The notes under the pieces: model-generated
Database searches by the model: none
Seen by the model: the letters and a program-made list of their open reading frames with translations, nothing else
Told to the model about the DNA's origin: nothing
Made by a program: the position numbers and the translations under genes
Assembly (NCBI GenBank): GCA_016932575.1
Contig: JAFGCO010000006.1
Span: 16,238 to 80,237, forward strand
Direction of reading: 5' to 3'
Length of the DNA stretch: 64,000 bases
From: a bacterium
GTDB lineage: Bacteria > Zhuqueibacterota > QNDG01 > JAFGCO01
In this document: in pieces, positions 30,496 through 39,706 of the stretch
Layout of the letters: each line of letters starts with the position of its first letter
Position numbering within the stretch: the stretch's first letter is position 1

Positions 30496-30689
30496 GATGT
30501 TGCCTGTCTGTTTATTCATACAATGAATGACAGGAAATATACAAAAAAAACACTGAGAAGACAAGGAATAGATGGCAGGATTTATTTGAATTGGCCAATC
30601 GAAGCCGGGCTTTTTTTATATGCGATATTTCACGCCGGATAATGCTTGTAAAAGGTTTCCAACTCGTGTTTATTTTAACGGCCGGATTG

Positions 30690-31274
30690 TTAAAAATTGC
30701 CGAATTTAATCGTCATTACCAATGTCGGACCACCCAGATCATTATTCGACAACTCAGTTCCGGTGTCCATAGAGGTGACAAATCTGTAGCTTCCGCCAAG
30801 ACCAGCCCGGAAAAATTCGGTAATATTCAGCATGATGTGCACAGAAGGCTCGGCAATAAAAAATGTGTCATATTCATAATCGTCATTCCAATCGGTCGTA
30901 TGACGTTCTGAAAAACCGGCCCCGCCACCTCCCAGCAATGCCATGATACTGAAATGGACAAGCTTGTTCGGTTGTTTGATATATTCAATTTCAATGCCGC
31001 CATACCCCATATTCATTTTCATATCCGGATGTTCTTTTGATGCGATATCGGTCACCAGGCCGTATGCTCCACCTCCCAAAACAAATTGATGGTTGATGAT
31101 CCATCCGCCACGGCCACCCATCATGAACGCGGCTTCCTGATATACGCTTCCGATCTTGCAGACCGGTCCTCCGAATCCTCCGCTTTTAAAATCGCCGCTG
31201 ATCAGGGTTTCCTGTCGGGCTGTTAATACACCCGAAAAAACGAGTAAAAATAACATACACGCTTTATATCTCAT
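30690..31274 (-). CDS. small outer-membrane beta-barrel protein (hypothetical)
   Basis: Signal peptide, Gly-rich amphipathic beta-strands, C-terminal aromatic residue (…IKFGNF). Confidence 0.5.
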   Translation of the reverse strand: MRYKACMLFLLVFSGVLTARQETLISGDFKSGGFGGPVCKIGSVYQEAAFMMGGRGGWIINHQFVLGGGAYGLVTDIASKEHPDMKMNMGYGGIEIEYIKQPNKLVHFSIMALLGGGGAGFSERHTTDWNDDYEYDTFFIAEPSVHIMLNITEFFRAGLGGSYRFVTSMDTGTELSNNDLGGPTLVMTIKFGNF

Positions 31275-31309
31275 TGTTCCCCCGAAATTGTATCATTTAT
31301 TTTCTGTGC

Positions 31310-31849
31310 TTAAAATGTTCCCCACTCCTGTTTGCCGGGAATCCAGGCGGAGGGATAGAGAAATTTGAATGCCCTTGCAGCTTTATCTATTTTTTCTGAT
31401 TTTTGCTGCAGAGCTTTTTTTCGTTTGTCCAGTTGTGCACCGAATTTTTTTTCAATGAATGCTTCTGCTGCTTTTTCACGGTCCTCTTCCGAAGCGAATT
31501 GCTCCCGGATCTGCTTCAACTCACCGGCATCCAGCCAGAATCCACCGCATTTTGGGCATTCGTCCACAGCCACTGCCATTTGTGTGCTGAAAAAATGCCG
31601 CATCATAATGACGTTTTTGCATTTGGGGCAAGATCGCTTTTTAGTATAATTCACCGCAATTTCCGGGCTTTTCTCAATTTTCAGCAAGGCTTCGCCTATG
31701 TGCTCGCTGGGTTCGTCGACTTTTTGAAGCTCAAACCAGTCGAACCAAATGCCTCCGCAGCCGTTTCGACATACATCAACGGTGAGTTTCTCAACAGTGA
31801 AAGGCTGCAGCTCATGATCACATGCAGGGCATTTCATGGTATCCTCCAT
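31310..31849 (-). CDS. double zinc-ribbon protein (zf-TFIIB-like / PF13453-type) with a Lys/Glu-rich tail
   Basis: Two copies of CPxC...(V)DxCxxCxGxWxDxGEL (CPACDHEL...VDVCRNGCGGIWFDWFEL and CPKCKNV...VDECPKCGGFWLDAGEL). Confidence 0.6.
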   Translation of the reverse strand: MEDTMKCPACDHELQPFTVEKLTVDVCRNGCGGIWFDWFELQKVDEPSEHIGEALLKIEKSPEIAVNYTKKRSCPKCKNVIMMRHFFSTQMAVAVDECPKCGGFWLDAGELKQIREQFASEEDREKAAEAFIEKKFGAQLDKRKKALQQKSEKIDKAARAFKFLYPSAWIPGKQEWGTF

Positions 31850-31855
31850 AAGATA

Positions 31856-32350
31856 TTAATTCATGGATGAGATGATAAATTCCATATCATTCCAGTTAAA
31901 CTGTCTGGCAAGTTTCAGAGCCTCTTCAGCAGAGACATTTTTAAAGCTCAGGGATAGAAACGCGCCTTCATTTTCCTCCCGTTGAATCACGACGATAATG
32001 AGGATTTCTTTTCTTGATTTCCGATGGGTTCGAAATACCTGAAATCCGTCGATGGTTTCCGTTGTAATGGACGATCCGGCAGATTCGAAATGGAGATTAC
32101 TGTCGAGCCAGCCGGTTTCAGAAGCCTGGTTGGTGATAAAAATAACGGAGTTCAAAAATTTGTCTTCTTGCGTATATCTTCGGGAAGCATTGATCATTTT
32201 AATGTGATTGTGATACGAGTTGAATCCCTCGGCAGGCCCAGCCTGCCAGCCCGGCAGATCGGGCAGCAGCGGTTTTAATGAGTCGAGTGGATCGGCAAAG
32301 ACATATGCAATCAATACCAGACCCATGCATAAAAACCATTTTTTGTTCAT
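31856..32350 (-). CDS. hypothetical secreted protein
   Basis: The internal Met at 32350 starts a signal peptide (MNKKWFLCMGLVLIAYVFA). No known motif. Lies in the same tight operon. Confidence 0.4.
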   Translation of the reverse strand: MNKKWFLCMGLVLIAYVFADPLDSLKPLLPDLPGWQAGPAEGFNSYHNHIKMINASRRYTQEDKFLNSVIFITNQASETGWLDSNLHFESAGSSITTETIDGFQVFRTHRKSRKEILIIVVIQREENEGAFLSLSFKNVSAEEALKLARQFNWNDMEFIISSMN

Positions 32351-32516
32351 TTCAATGGATCCCTGTTCGTTAATTTTTTTCTCATGGTTCATTTCTCCGA
32401 ATATATTTTTATCGACAGGGCGAATGGACACACACTCTCTTTATCATTGTTATTTTCAGTGATAACGCAAGTATTGGACGAAACGTCCTTTTTAATAATC
32501 ATACTGCTTTCAGAAT

Positions 32517-33626
32517 TTAAAATTGATAGATCCACCCGGCTCCGATCTCAAGACCGGAAAGCGACACATCTGTGCTATACGAACCGGTCCAGTATTTCAG
32601 TCTTCCGATAAGTTGAGATTTATTTGAGAGTTTCATTTCCGGTGTCAGCACGATACCTATCAGGTTTGAACCTTCATATATACCGGTTTCCTCATAAAAC
32701 CTGCCTTCGATTCCATAGGACATGGAAAAAGCATTGCTGTGACGATGCTTATACTGGCCGGAGAACTCTATATGATTCGGATATGATTTTTCCCTTTCTG
32801 CCACGAGCTTATATGTACCGGTCGAATCGGAACCGATGATCCGGTTTTTTGCTTTGCTTCGATACCGTAGTAACAGCGTCAGTATATCATATTCGAAGTA
32901 GGTTTTAAATTGTATATTTGTCACCATTTTATTCCCGGATTTGAATACCTCCAGGGTATCTGCATATGTATCTGATCCATAAGATGTGAAGATGAAATCA
33001 CCTGAGAGTGTGCTGAGTGTGCCGACACGGATATCGAGACCGGCAGTGAGTAACAGTTCGTTACCCGGTTTGTATACAGCTTCCGTTTTTTTCAGCGGGA
33101 CGAATCCTCCCCGAATCTGATAGGCCAATCCCAATCCCAGGACGGCTCCATCATTGACAGGAAGCGCCCAGGTTACGCCTGGCGAAAGATTAAATCCCTG
33201 ACCGAAACTGGGAACAATAAAGTTCCAGTAATGCTGACTGATGAACATTGAAGTCTGAAACTCCGCACTGTCCAGAGCCGTCTTCCCTGTGGGCATTCCC
33301 AGACCCAGGTTGAACACAAGATTTTGATCCTCCAGATAATAATTCCATGAAATCTGCGTGTCACTCAATCCGGCAATCTCGCCCATATCCTTGCCGTTTG
33401 CATTGGCATAACTTGTATATATCGAAAGAGAGGTTTCCCGGGAAATCGGCCAGTAAACCTCGACCGGTACGCTGAATTCACTGAGAGAACTGTCATTATC
33501 AATGGTGTAACTCTGATGAATCCCCTGTATGCGAAAAAATCCTTGTTGGCCAATCACATAATTTTCTTCAGCCGGGAGTGATCCGGCAATCATCAGTAAA
33601 AAAATCCATATCAATTTTCTGGTCAT
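32517..33626 (-). CDS. outer-membrane beta-barrel protein (hypothetical; possible cargo-specific T9SS-associated outer-membrane protein)
   Basis: Signal peptide, alternating hydrophobic beta-strand pattern, C-terminus ...GAGWIYQF. Sits directly downstream of the giant T9SS cargo gene. Confidence 0.5.
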   Translation of the reverse strand: MTRKLIWIFLLMIAGSLPAEENYVIGQQGFFRIQGIHQSYTIDNDSSLSEFSVPVEVYWPISRETSLSIYTSYANANGKDMGEIAGLSDTQISWNYYLEDQNLVFNLGLGMPTGKTALDSAEFQTSMFISQHYWNFIVPSFGQGFNLSPGVTWALPVNDGAVLGLGLAYQIRGGFVPLKKTEAVYKPGNELLLTAGLDIRVGTLSTLSGDFIFTSYGSDTYADTLEVFKSGNKMVTNIQFKTYFEYDILTLLLRYRSKAKNRIIGSDSTGTYKLVAEREKSYPNHIEFSGQYKHRHSNAFSMSYGIEGRFYEETGIYEGSNLIGIVLTPEMKLSNKSQLIGRLKYWTGSYSTDVSLSGLEIGAGWIYQF

Positions 33627-33653
33627 GCACGCCTCCGAATCACTGCAGCGAAT

Positions 33654-36600
33654 CTACTGCAGGCGAATCATTTTTTTGGTTGCTGTGAAATGAGGTGTAG
33701 ACAGACGATAAAAATACAAACCACTGGCGCATTGGCGGCCCCAGGCATCCGTACCATCCCAGAATTTTGTGTGATTACCAGCGGGCAGGGTTTGATAAAT
33801 CCATGTTTGCACGCATTCCCCGAGAACATTGTAGATCTCCAAGCGTACACGGGTCCGCTCTGCCAGTTGAAAATCAATGGTGGTCGTCGGATTGAAAGGA
33901 TTTGGATAATTCTGTCTCAATCTGAAATGCTGGGGAGAGAGCGGAATATCTTCTCGCTGGATCTCTGCATATTCCAAAGTTCCCAGAATCAGTTTCAGCC
34001 GTCGGGGAGGATGAATTTTTGCTTGGTGATTCTGAAGAGGAATCGAGGCGCCGTGGTCCAGATCAAGCAGCCAGATATGAAAATGATCCGGTATGTCTGT
34101 TTGCTGATTTAAAACAATTTCAGCCAGCCCTGTTCCGGATGCGGATTTGATTTCTAATTCCCAGCATGCGCCTTTGGTGGAAATTTGTTTATAATTGGCT
34201 GAAAACCTAAGCCGTTGTTCCAGAATATTCAATTGCAGTGTGTTTCTGATAGCCGGTGGTTTCAAATAGTCGCACGCGTCTTTAATGTCACTGGCATCCC
34301 GCAGCATGCCCACATAGTTGTTCTGGTCCGTAAATCCAGAACTCATATCTCTGGCACTCAGTTGTATTACAATTTCACCCGGTTTACATTCTTTGCCTCG
34401 TCCGGATTTGGGCAATGGACTCGCAGACACCGGCGGCACCAGAAGTTCTGCAGAGCCATTGGCATACACAAAATAGCCTTCCCACGGATTGAGAACGGTC
34501 TGGTCATAAAAATATTCTTCATCATAACTCGCTACAGGCGGATCCACGCTGGCACCCCTTACAGAAACGCTGCTCCATGCCACCGGAAATGTAAAGGGAT
34601 TTCCAATCTGATTCCATCCCTTTTGCAGTAAAATCTGATAAGGGGTTCTGGAGTCCACTGAAAGTACGTTATCGATGTCAAAGTCTATTCCCTCGTGGGT
34701 GATTACCCAGAACGCTTTGCCCGGTTCAGAATTCCACAATGCTTCGCCCGGCCGATATTCCCGGTAATAAGCCGTATCAGCTGCACTGTCGTTCCACCAA
34801 TAAAAAACACGCCACAGTTTGGTGTTGTAGCTCCCGAGTTCATCGGTAAAGACACGTCCGATATTGCGTTCAGTTAAATGGTAGGGAATGGTCAGCATAC
34901 CATACGTTTCCGGGAGAGAGATTTTTTCTGAAGCAACTGAAGGAGAGACAACGATTAACCAGTTGGCTGTGGCGTCATCGCTTCCGGATAGAATTGTTTT
35001 TTCCTGAGTGACAGAATTGATTCTGGCGATATAATAAGCCAGCCCGTCCGGTGGAATTTCGGCAGCTTCCAATTCCACAGTATAATCAAGCAGACCCCGT
35101 TCAAATTCCAGTGAATCCCAGTCTGCCTGGCCGGAGGAGCGGTAATAGAGAAATATCCGGTCGAAAATCTGGGCTCCGCTGGCGAGTGTTATTGAGAAGG
35201 ATGAATCCGAGGAAAGCTTGCTGGGCAGAATATCGGGATTTATTTGGAACAGTGTGCCTCGGCCTGTCAGCTGGACAGTATTCAGACCCTGGGCTGTATT
35301 GGATTCGATGATCAGGTAGGCTGTATCCGGCAGCAGTTCCGCGGGTGCAAATGCCACAGATAAAAAGCTGGTATCGCCAGGTGCGGCCAAAGCGGGCTCA
35401 GGTCCGAATACAACAGAGAATTGAGATCCGGGAGGATCGATCGCTGCATTGTAAATCTGCAGTTCCTGATTTCCGATATTGATCATTGAAAGGGTGTCGA
35501 TTTTTGTTGTGTTTCTTACCACACGCCCGAACATCCAGGGATCCGGATGCACGGCCATGAGCGGCGATCCCCCCGACCCGGTCATTGATAAAGTGTCCGG
35601 TGAGGAGGGGGCGTTGCTTATCACAATCAGATCGGCTTCTTTGATACCACCGGACTGGGGGGTAAAATTGACTATGATGATATGCGTACTGTCCGGATGC
35701 GGACTGACAGTTGCCGGATCGCCCCCCTGAACCAGTTCAAAATCTTCTGATCCTAAAATATAACTTTCATAAATTGACAGTTCAGCAGCGCCCGGATTGG
35801 TAATGATCACAGATTTACGGATGTCTTCATCCGGAGACAGAATGCCGAAATCGAGGGATGACGGATTAAAATTTAACATGGCCTGGTCAGATGATCCCTG
35901 CAAACGAACCGTGTCCGGAGAAGTGGGCGAATTGGAATAAATAACCAGAAATGCCTGAAAAGTGCCCCCGAGAACGGGTTTGAATTTGACAGAAATCGAT
36001 CCCTGGCTGCCCGGATCAAAAGGAGAGGGAGCAGAGTGAGTTTCTTCATACAACACGCCGTCCTGAGTGTTGATCAGCTGCGTGTCCGTGATGTCCAGTT
36101 CGGCACTGCCGATATTTTGTATTTGCAGGGTCTGTGTTGCCGAGTCGCCGGCCATGACATTGCCGAAATCGATCCTATAGGCGGATAAAGCCAGTTGGGG
36201 GCTTCCGACCTCCTCGACCGTGTATAAGGCCAGTCCCCGTTCCGTTCCCACCCATAAGTTTCCGTTGATGTCAAATGCCAGATCATTGATGCCGTTATCG
36301 ATCAGTCCGGAGTTTTTGACCGTATACCATGATGTGTCTCCGGGGGCATATTTCACCAAGCCCTGGCTCGTGCCGATCCAAAGATTGCCGGATTTACTGA
36401 CGGTTAAGGCACGAATGATATTGCTCGGCAAATCCGGGTCTACGGTTTCCCATTCCCAGGTTTCGTTTTTTAATACCCATAATCCCTGGTCCGTCCCGAC
36501 CCATAAGTTGTTCTCATTGTCAACGGTCATGTCCAATACGTACGTGGCTGTAATACCATCGGGTGCCAGGGTGACTTCTTCAGTGATCGTGTTGAATTGA

Positions 36601-38063
36601 CGAATGACAAAATTCTGGGCAAACAGCCACAAGTTGTCTTCGTGGTCCGCCGCAATCACCGTATTATCATTGGTCTGAAGCTCCACAACTTCCTGTGTTG
36701 TATAAGGAATCCAGTCCGCGCCGTCATATTTTCCCAGCCCCTTCTCAGTACTGACCCAGACAGTGTAAGACGCATCCATGACACTTGTCAATATGTAATT
36801 GCCGGGGATACCGTAGCCGGGGGAGATATGATTCTCCCAGACAGAGTTGCTGAACAAATAGACACCGGCGCCTTCCGTGCCGACGAACAGCGTTCCACCG
36901 TGATCAACCAGGATGCTCCTGATTGGTGCCGCAGGCGCATTGCCGCCTTCATAGGTATTCCAGCCAGCCCCGTCATACAATGTGACAACATTTCCCGTGC
37001 TGATCCAGAGGCCTTCGTTCTGGTTTCTTGAAGCCAGATTCTGCACCGACGGACTTGGCAGCTCGGAGTTGGAAGTAACATAACTTGTCGACCAGACCGA
37101 GCCGGACAGCTTTGCAAGACCTTGTGTGGTACCGATCCATTTGTCGTTCAGCTCATCGATATGAATGGCATGAACCGCATTGGCGGGAATTCCGGTACCT
37201 GGAAAGCTGTAAGCAATCCAGCTAGTCCCGGGATAATAAGCCAGGCCGCCGTTTTCGGTACCGACCCAGGGAACGTTCACATTGTCAAATGCGATAGCGC
37301 GGATATTGTTGTCCGGAAAACCGGGTGCAGCACCTGACTGATAAAAATCCCAGTCGCTTTGGGCGATTTGCTCGGCAAGCCCCGAGCCTGGTGTGCCGAC
37401 CCATGGCACACCCTCCGAATCGAATGCGACAGCGGATAATTCATCGGAAGGAAGTCCTCCGGGCGACTGATACCACGTTTGCCATAGATCATCAGTGGTT
37501 CGCCGGGCAAGACCATCGGCCGTAGCGATCCAGAGCCAGTTATTGCTATCGTCAAAGGCCAGGTCACGAATCAAATTGCTGGGCAGATTGTCCTCTGTGG
37601 TCGTATTGATAACCGAAAAGTCATCCGTATCGCTGTGGTAGATGCCCAGCCCGTTCGACAGAGTGCCAACTATGGGCAGTCCGTCTGTATCCAGGGTCAA
37701 TGTATTGACAACCTGGGAGGGCAGTCCGTCATTTGTGTCGTAAAGTGTCCAGTCATTCCCTGCAAGCTTTGCCAATCCCTGCCGGGTGCCGATCCACTTT
37801 TCATTATTGGATCCGATGACGATATCCAGAATTTCAACATTTGGCAAATCAGAATTCGCACTGTTTAAATGTTCCAGAGTCTGATCGGTGACTTTATTGA
37901 TTTTTACAAGACCGCAGGTGGTTCCTACCCAAAGCGTATCAAATTCCTGAGCGATGGCTGTGATTTGATCGCCATTGGTGAAATTAAACCATTCCGGTTC
38001 CTGACCCCGGATCAAACTGGTTAAAATAATGAGAACAATGATAATGCGAACCAAGTTTTTCAT
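33654..38063 (-). CDS. giant secreted cell-surface protein: tandem two-component-regulator-type beta-propeller repeats, several Ig-like domains, and a T9SS C-terminal sorting domain
   Basis: Signal peptide. More than 14 repeats of the form W(I/V)GT..GL. About four Ig-like modules (…DFGNV…, …LDFGIL…). The C-terminus NYPNPFNPTTTIDF...GLYFYRLST...KKMIRLQ is a classic Por_Secre_tail. Confidence 0.85.
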   Translation of the reverse strand: MKNLVRIIIVLIILTSLIRGQEPEWFNFTNGDQITAIAQEFDTLWVGTTCGLVKINKVTDQTLEHLNSANSDLPNVEILDIVIGSNNEKWIGTRQGLAKLAGNDWTLYDTNDGLPSQVVNTLTLDTDGLPIVGTLSNGLGIYHSDTDDFSVINTTTEDNLPSNLIRDLAFDDSNNWLWIATADGLARRTTDDLWQTWYQSPGGLPSDELSAVAFDSEGVPWVGTPGSGLAEQIAQSDWDFYQSGAAPGFPDNNIRAIAFDNVNVPWVGTENGGLAYYPGTSWIAYSFPGTGIPANAVHAIHIDELNDKWIGTTQGLAKLSGSVWSTSYVTSNSELPSPSVQNLASRNQNEGLWISTGNVVTLYDGAGWNTYEGGNAPAAPIRSILVDHGGTLFVGTEGAGVYLFSNSVWENHISPGYGIPGNYILTSVMDASYTVWVSTEKGLGKYDGADWIPYTTQEVVELQTNDNTVIAADHEDNLWLFAQNFVIRQFNTITEEVTLAPDGITATYVLDMTVDNENNLWVGTDQGLWVLKNETWEWETVDPDLPSNIIRALTVSKSGNLWIGTSQGLVKYAPGDTSWYTVKNSGLIDNGINDLAFDINGNLWVGTERGLALYTVEEVGSPQLALSAYRIDFGNVMAGDSATQTLQIQNIGSAELDITDTQLINTQDGVLYEETHSAPSPFDPGSQGSISVKFKPVLGGTFQAFLVIYSNSPTSPDTVRLQGSSDQAMLNFNPSSLDFGILSPDEDIRKSVIITNPGAAELSIYESYILGSEDFELVQGGDPATVSPHPDSTHIIIVNFTPQSGGIKEADLIVISNAPSSPDTLSMTGSGGSPLMAVHPDPWMFGRVVRNTTKIDTLSMINIGNQELQIYNAAIDPPGSQFSVVFGPEPALAAPGDTSFLSVAFAPAELLPDTAYLIIESNTAQGLNTVQLTGRGTLFQINPDILPSKLSSDSSFSITLASGAQIFDRIFLYYRSSGQADWDSLEFERGLLDYTVELEAAEIPPDGLAYYIARINSVTQEKTILSGSDDATANWLIVVSPSVASEKISLPETYGMLTIPYHLTERNIGRVFTDELGSYNTKLWRVFYWWNDSAADTAYYREYRPGEALWNSEPGKAFWVITHEGIDFDIDNVLSVDSRTPYQILLQKGWNQIGNPFTFPVAWSSVSVRGASVDPPVASYDEEYFYDQTVLNPWEGYFVYANGSAELLVPPVSASPLPKSGRGKECKPGEIVIQLSARDMSSGFTDQNNYVGMLRDASDIKDACDYLKPPAIRNTLQLNILEQRLRFSANYKQISTKGACWELEIKSASGTGLAEIVLNQQTDIPDHFHIWLLDLDHGASIPLQNHQAKIHPPRRLKLILGTLEYAEIQREDIPLSPQHFRLRQNYPNPFNPTTTIDFQLAERTRVRLEIYNVLGECVQTWIYQTLPAGNHTKFWDGTDAWGRQCASGLYFYRLSTPHFTATKKMIRLQ

Positions 38064-38119
38064 AACGAATTGCCTCTCAATCGTCTAATGCCTGTTTTCA
38101 ATAGTGAAGGAATCCGGCT

Positions 38120-39553
38120 CTAAGGTCCCGGCGGATCCGGGGGGCGAGGCAGATCAGGCAATGTAATGGTATTAAAAAGTGATTCCACATCAAAATCATA
38201 TAAATCCAGAGGATTGGAAATCCGTTCATCCAGGACGTTCGACAGGAGTTGCGCGGTTGTGAATTCCTGACTGGATTTTCTTGAATCCTGACCGGGGATA
38301 AATGTGGAGCCAATATTCCTGCTGACGTTATGCAGGCGGTTGCGGATCAATGCTTCTCTGTTGATGAGTGTCGGTGCGAGTGGTGTCCGTGGAGATACGG
38401 AGACATGTTTAACAGATCGGAAAGGAGTCTGTCTGCTTATCTGAGCCATGGATTGATTGACCATCAGTTTATTTTGTGCTTCCTCATAACCGGGATCTAT
38501 GCCTGTGGCTTGTTTAAAATATTCAGCGGCTTTGGTAAAGTTCCCCTGATCTTCCATTTCCAGTCCCATACTGTAAGCGATAAACGCCTGAATGTTTTTT
38601 GTCGGAATATGCTGTATTTGTTGCCTTTCCCTGGCAGACAGCTCGATGCCCATCTGGCCGATCACTTGAAAAACTAGGTCCTTCTCCAGTTTAAAGAGAT
38701 GCTGCAAACGATCTTTCATTGTAATCGGATTGGGAACAGTGCTGCTGAAAATATCTGTATATGTGACGTCCAGGTGGATGTTCCTGTCGTCAAGCACGGC
38801 AAAATTGCCCTGGACCACCTTGCCTGCTCCGAGCAACTTGCCCATTTTTGGTGTGGAAGTGACATCCATCAGGCCGGTTTGTGACAGCTGCATTTCATCA
38901 TACAATGCCTGAACGCGAACCCGCTCAACCATATCCAGTTTCTTCACCTGACTTAGGTCGGTCATAATCATTTCAGCCACGCCTTTGCCCATCGGAGCAT
39001 AGTTTTCATCTAATCCCATGTGTTTCAGCGGTAATACAGCGATTGTTTTAGGGGATGTTGTTTTGATCTGCAGCAACGCTTCACTTTGCAGCATCTTATG
39101 AATTTCTTTTCGTGAGTTTGTTCTGGAGAGAAGGTTGTGCTGAGCTTCCATCTTGTATTTATATTCGGCCGGAATTTCTACTGACTTATATCGGCCATAG
39201 ATCATCAGAGCCCTGTCGGTTTGTCCGCGTAATTCCAGAAGCTGTGCCAGGTAATAGAGTGTTTGTGCGTCTTTTCGGTTAAGACGCCAGGCTTTAATCA
39301 GACTTTTCACAGCGAACTTGTACCATTTCATTTCGAAAAGAGCGGTACCAAGATCCCGAAATGCTTCAGCGCTGCGTGGATTTTGTCTTATTTTGTATAT
39401 GAGGTGTTTGATTTTTTGACGTTGTTCCGTGGGTGAGGGTCCAGGGGGTGTGGTTGCACAGGCCAGCCATAACATCAGAACCGGCATCAGCCATCTCCCA
39501 AGGCGTATTATTGATCGCATGAATATCTCCTGAAAAGTCCTGTTAATATTCAA
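38120..39553 (-). CDS. lipoprotein with TPR repeats and a CsgG/TolB-N-like domain
   Basis: Lipobox-like MLWLAC. TPR-like helices. IAVLPLKHMGLDENYAPMGKGVAEMIMTDL motif typical of CsgG/FlgO/TolB_N folds. Pro-rich C-terminus. Confidence 0.6.
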   Translation of the reverse strand: MNINRTFQEIFMRSIIRLGRWLMPVLMLWLACATTPPGPSPTEQRQKIKHLIYKIRQNPRSAEAFRDLGTALFEMKWYKFAVKSLIKAWRLNRKDAQTLYYLAQLLELRGQTDRALMIYGRYKSVEIPAEYKYKMEAQHNLLSRTNSRKEIHKMLQSEALLQIKTTSPKTIAVLPLKHMGLDENYAPMGKGVAEMIMTDLSQVKKLDMVERVRVQALYDEMQLSQTGLMDVTSTPKMGKLLGAGKVVQGNFAVLDDRNIHLDVTYTDIFSSTVPNPITMKDRLQHLFKLEKDLVFQVIGQMGIELSARERQQIQHIPTKNIQAFIAYSMGLEMEDQGNFTKAAEYFKQATGIDPGYEEAQNKLMVNQSMAQISRQTPFRSVKHVSVSPRTPLAPTLINREALIRNRLHNVSRNIGSTFIPGQDSRKSSQEFTTAQLLSNVLDERISNPLDLYDFDVESLFNTITLPDLPRPPDPPGP

Positions 39554-39706
39554 TTTTCAATGTATTATACAAACATTTTTCATGAAATGCCAGAATATTC
39601 TCCGCGACAAGAGAGAACGGGAATGTCAACGGATTTTGGCAGGGAAATCGGACATATATGAGGCAAAGACGTTGATTTGTGGTTTCCAATCTCCCCCAAG
39701 GCCTTA

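Noticed and set aside
30596-30625. Terminator-like agccgggc + T8 on the plus strand upstream of thrA
   Set aside because: The stem is only about 4-5 bp and no plus-strand gene ends there. Could be chance or part of the thrA leader; not reportable.
33668-37868. Numerous 60-140 codon ORFs on both strands inside the 1469-aa gene
   Set aside because: All are embedded in a long ORF with signal peptide, repeats and T9SS C-terminal domain. They are spurious.
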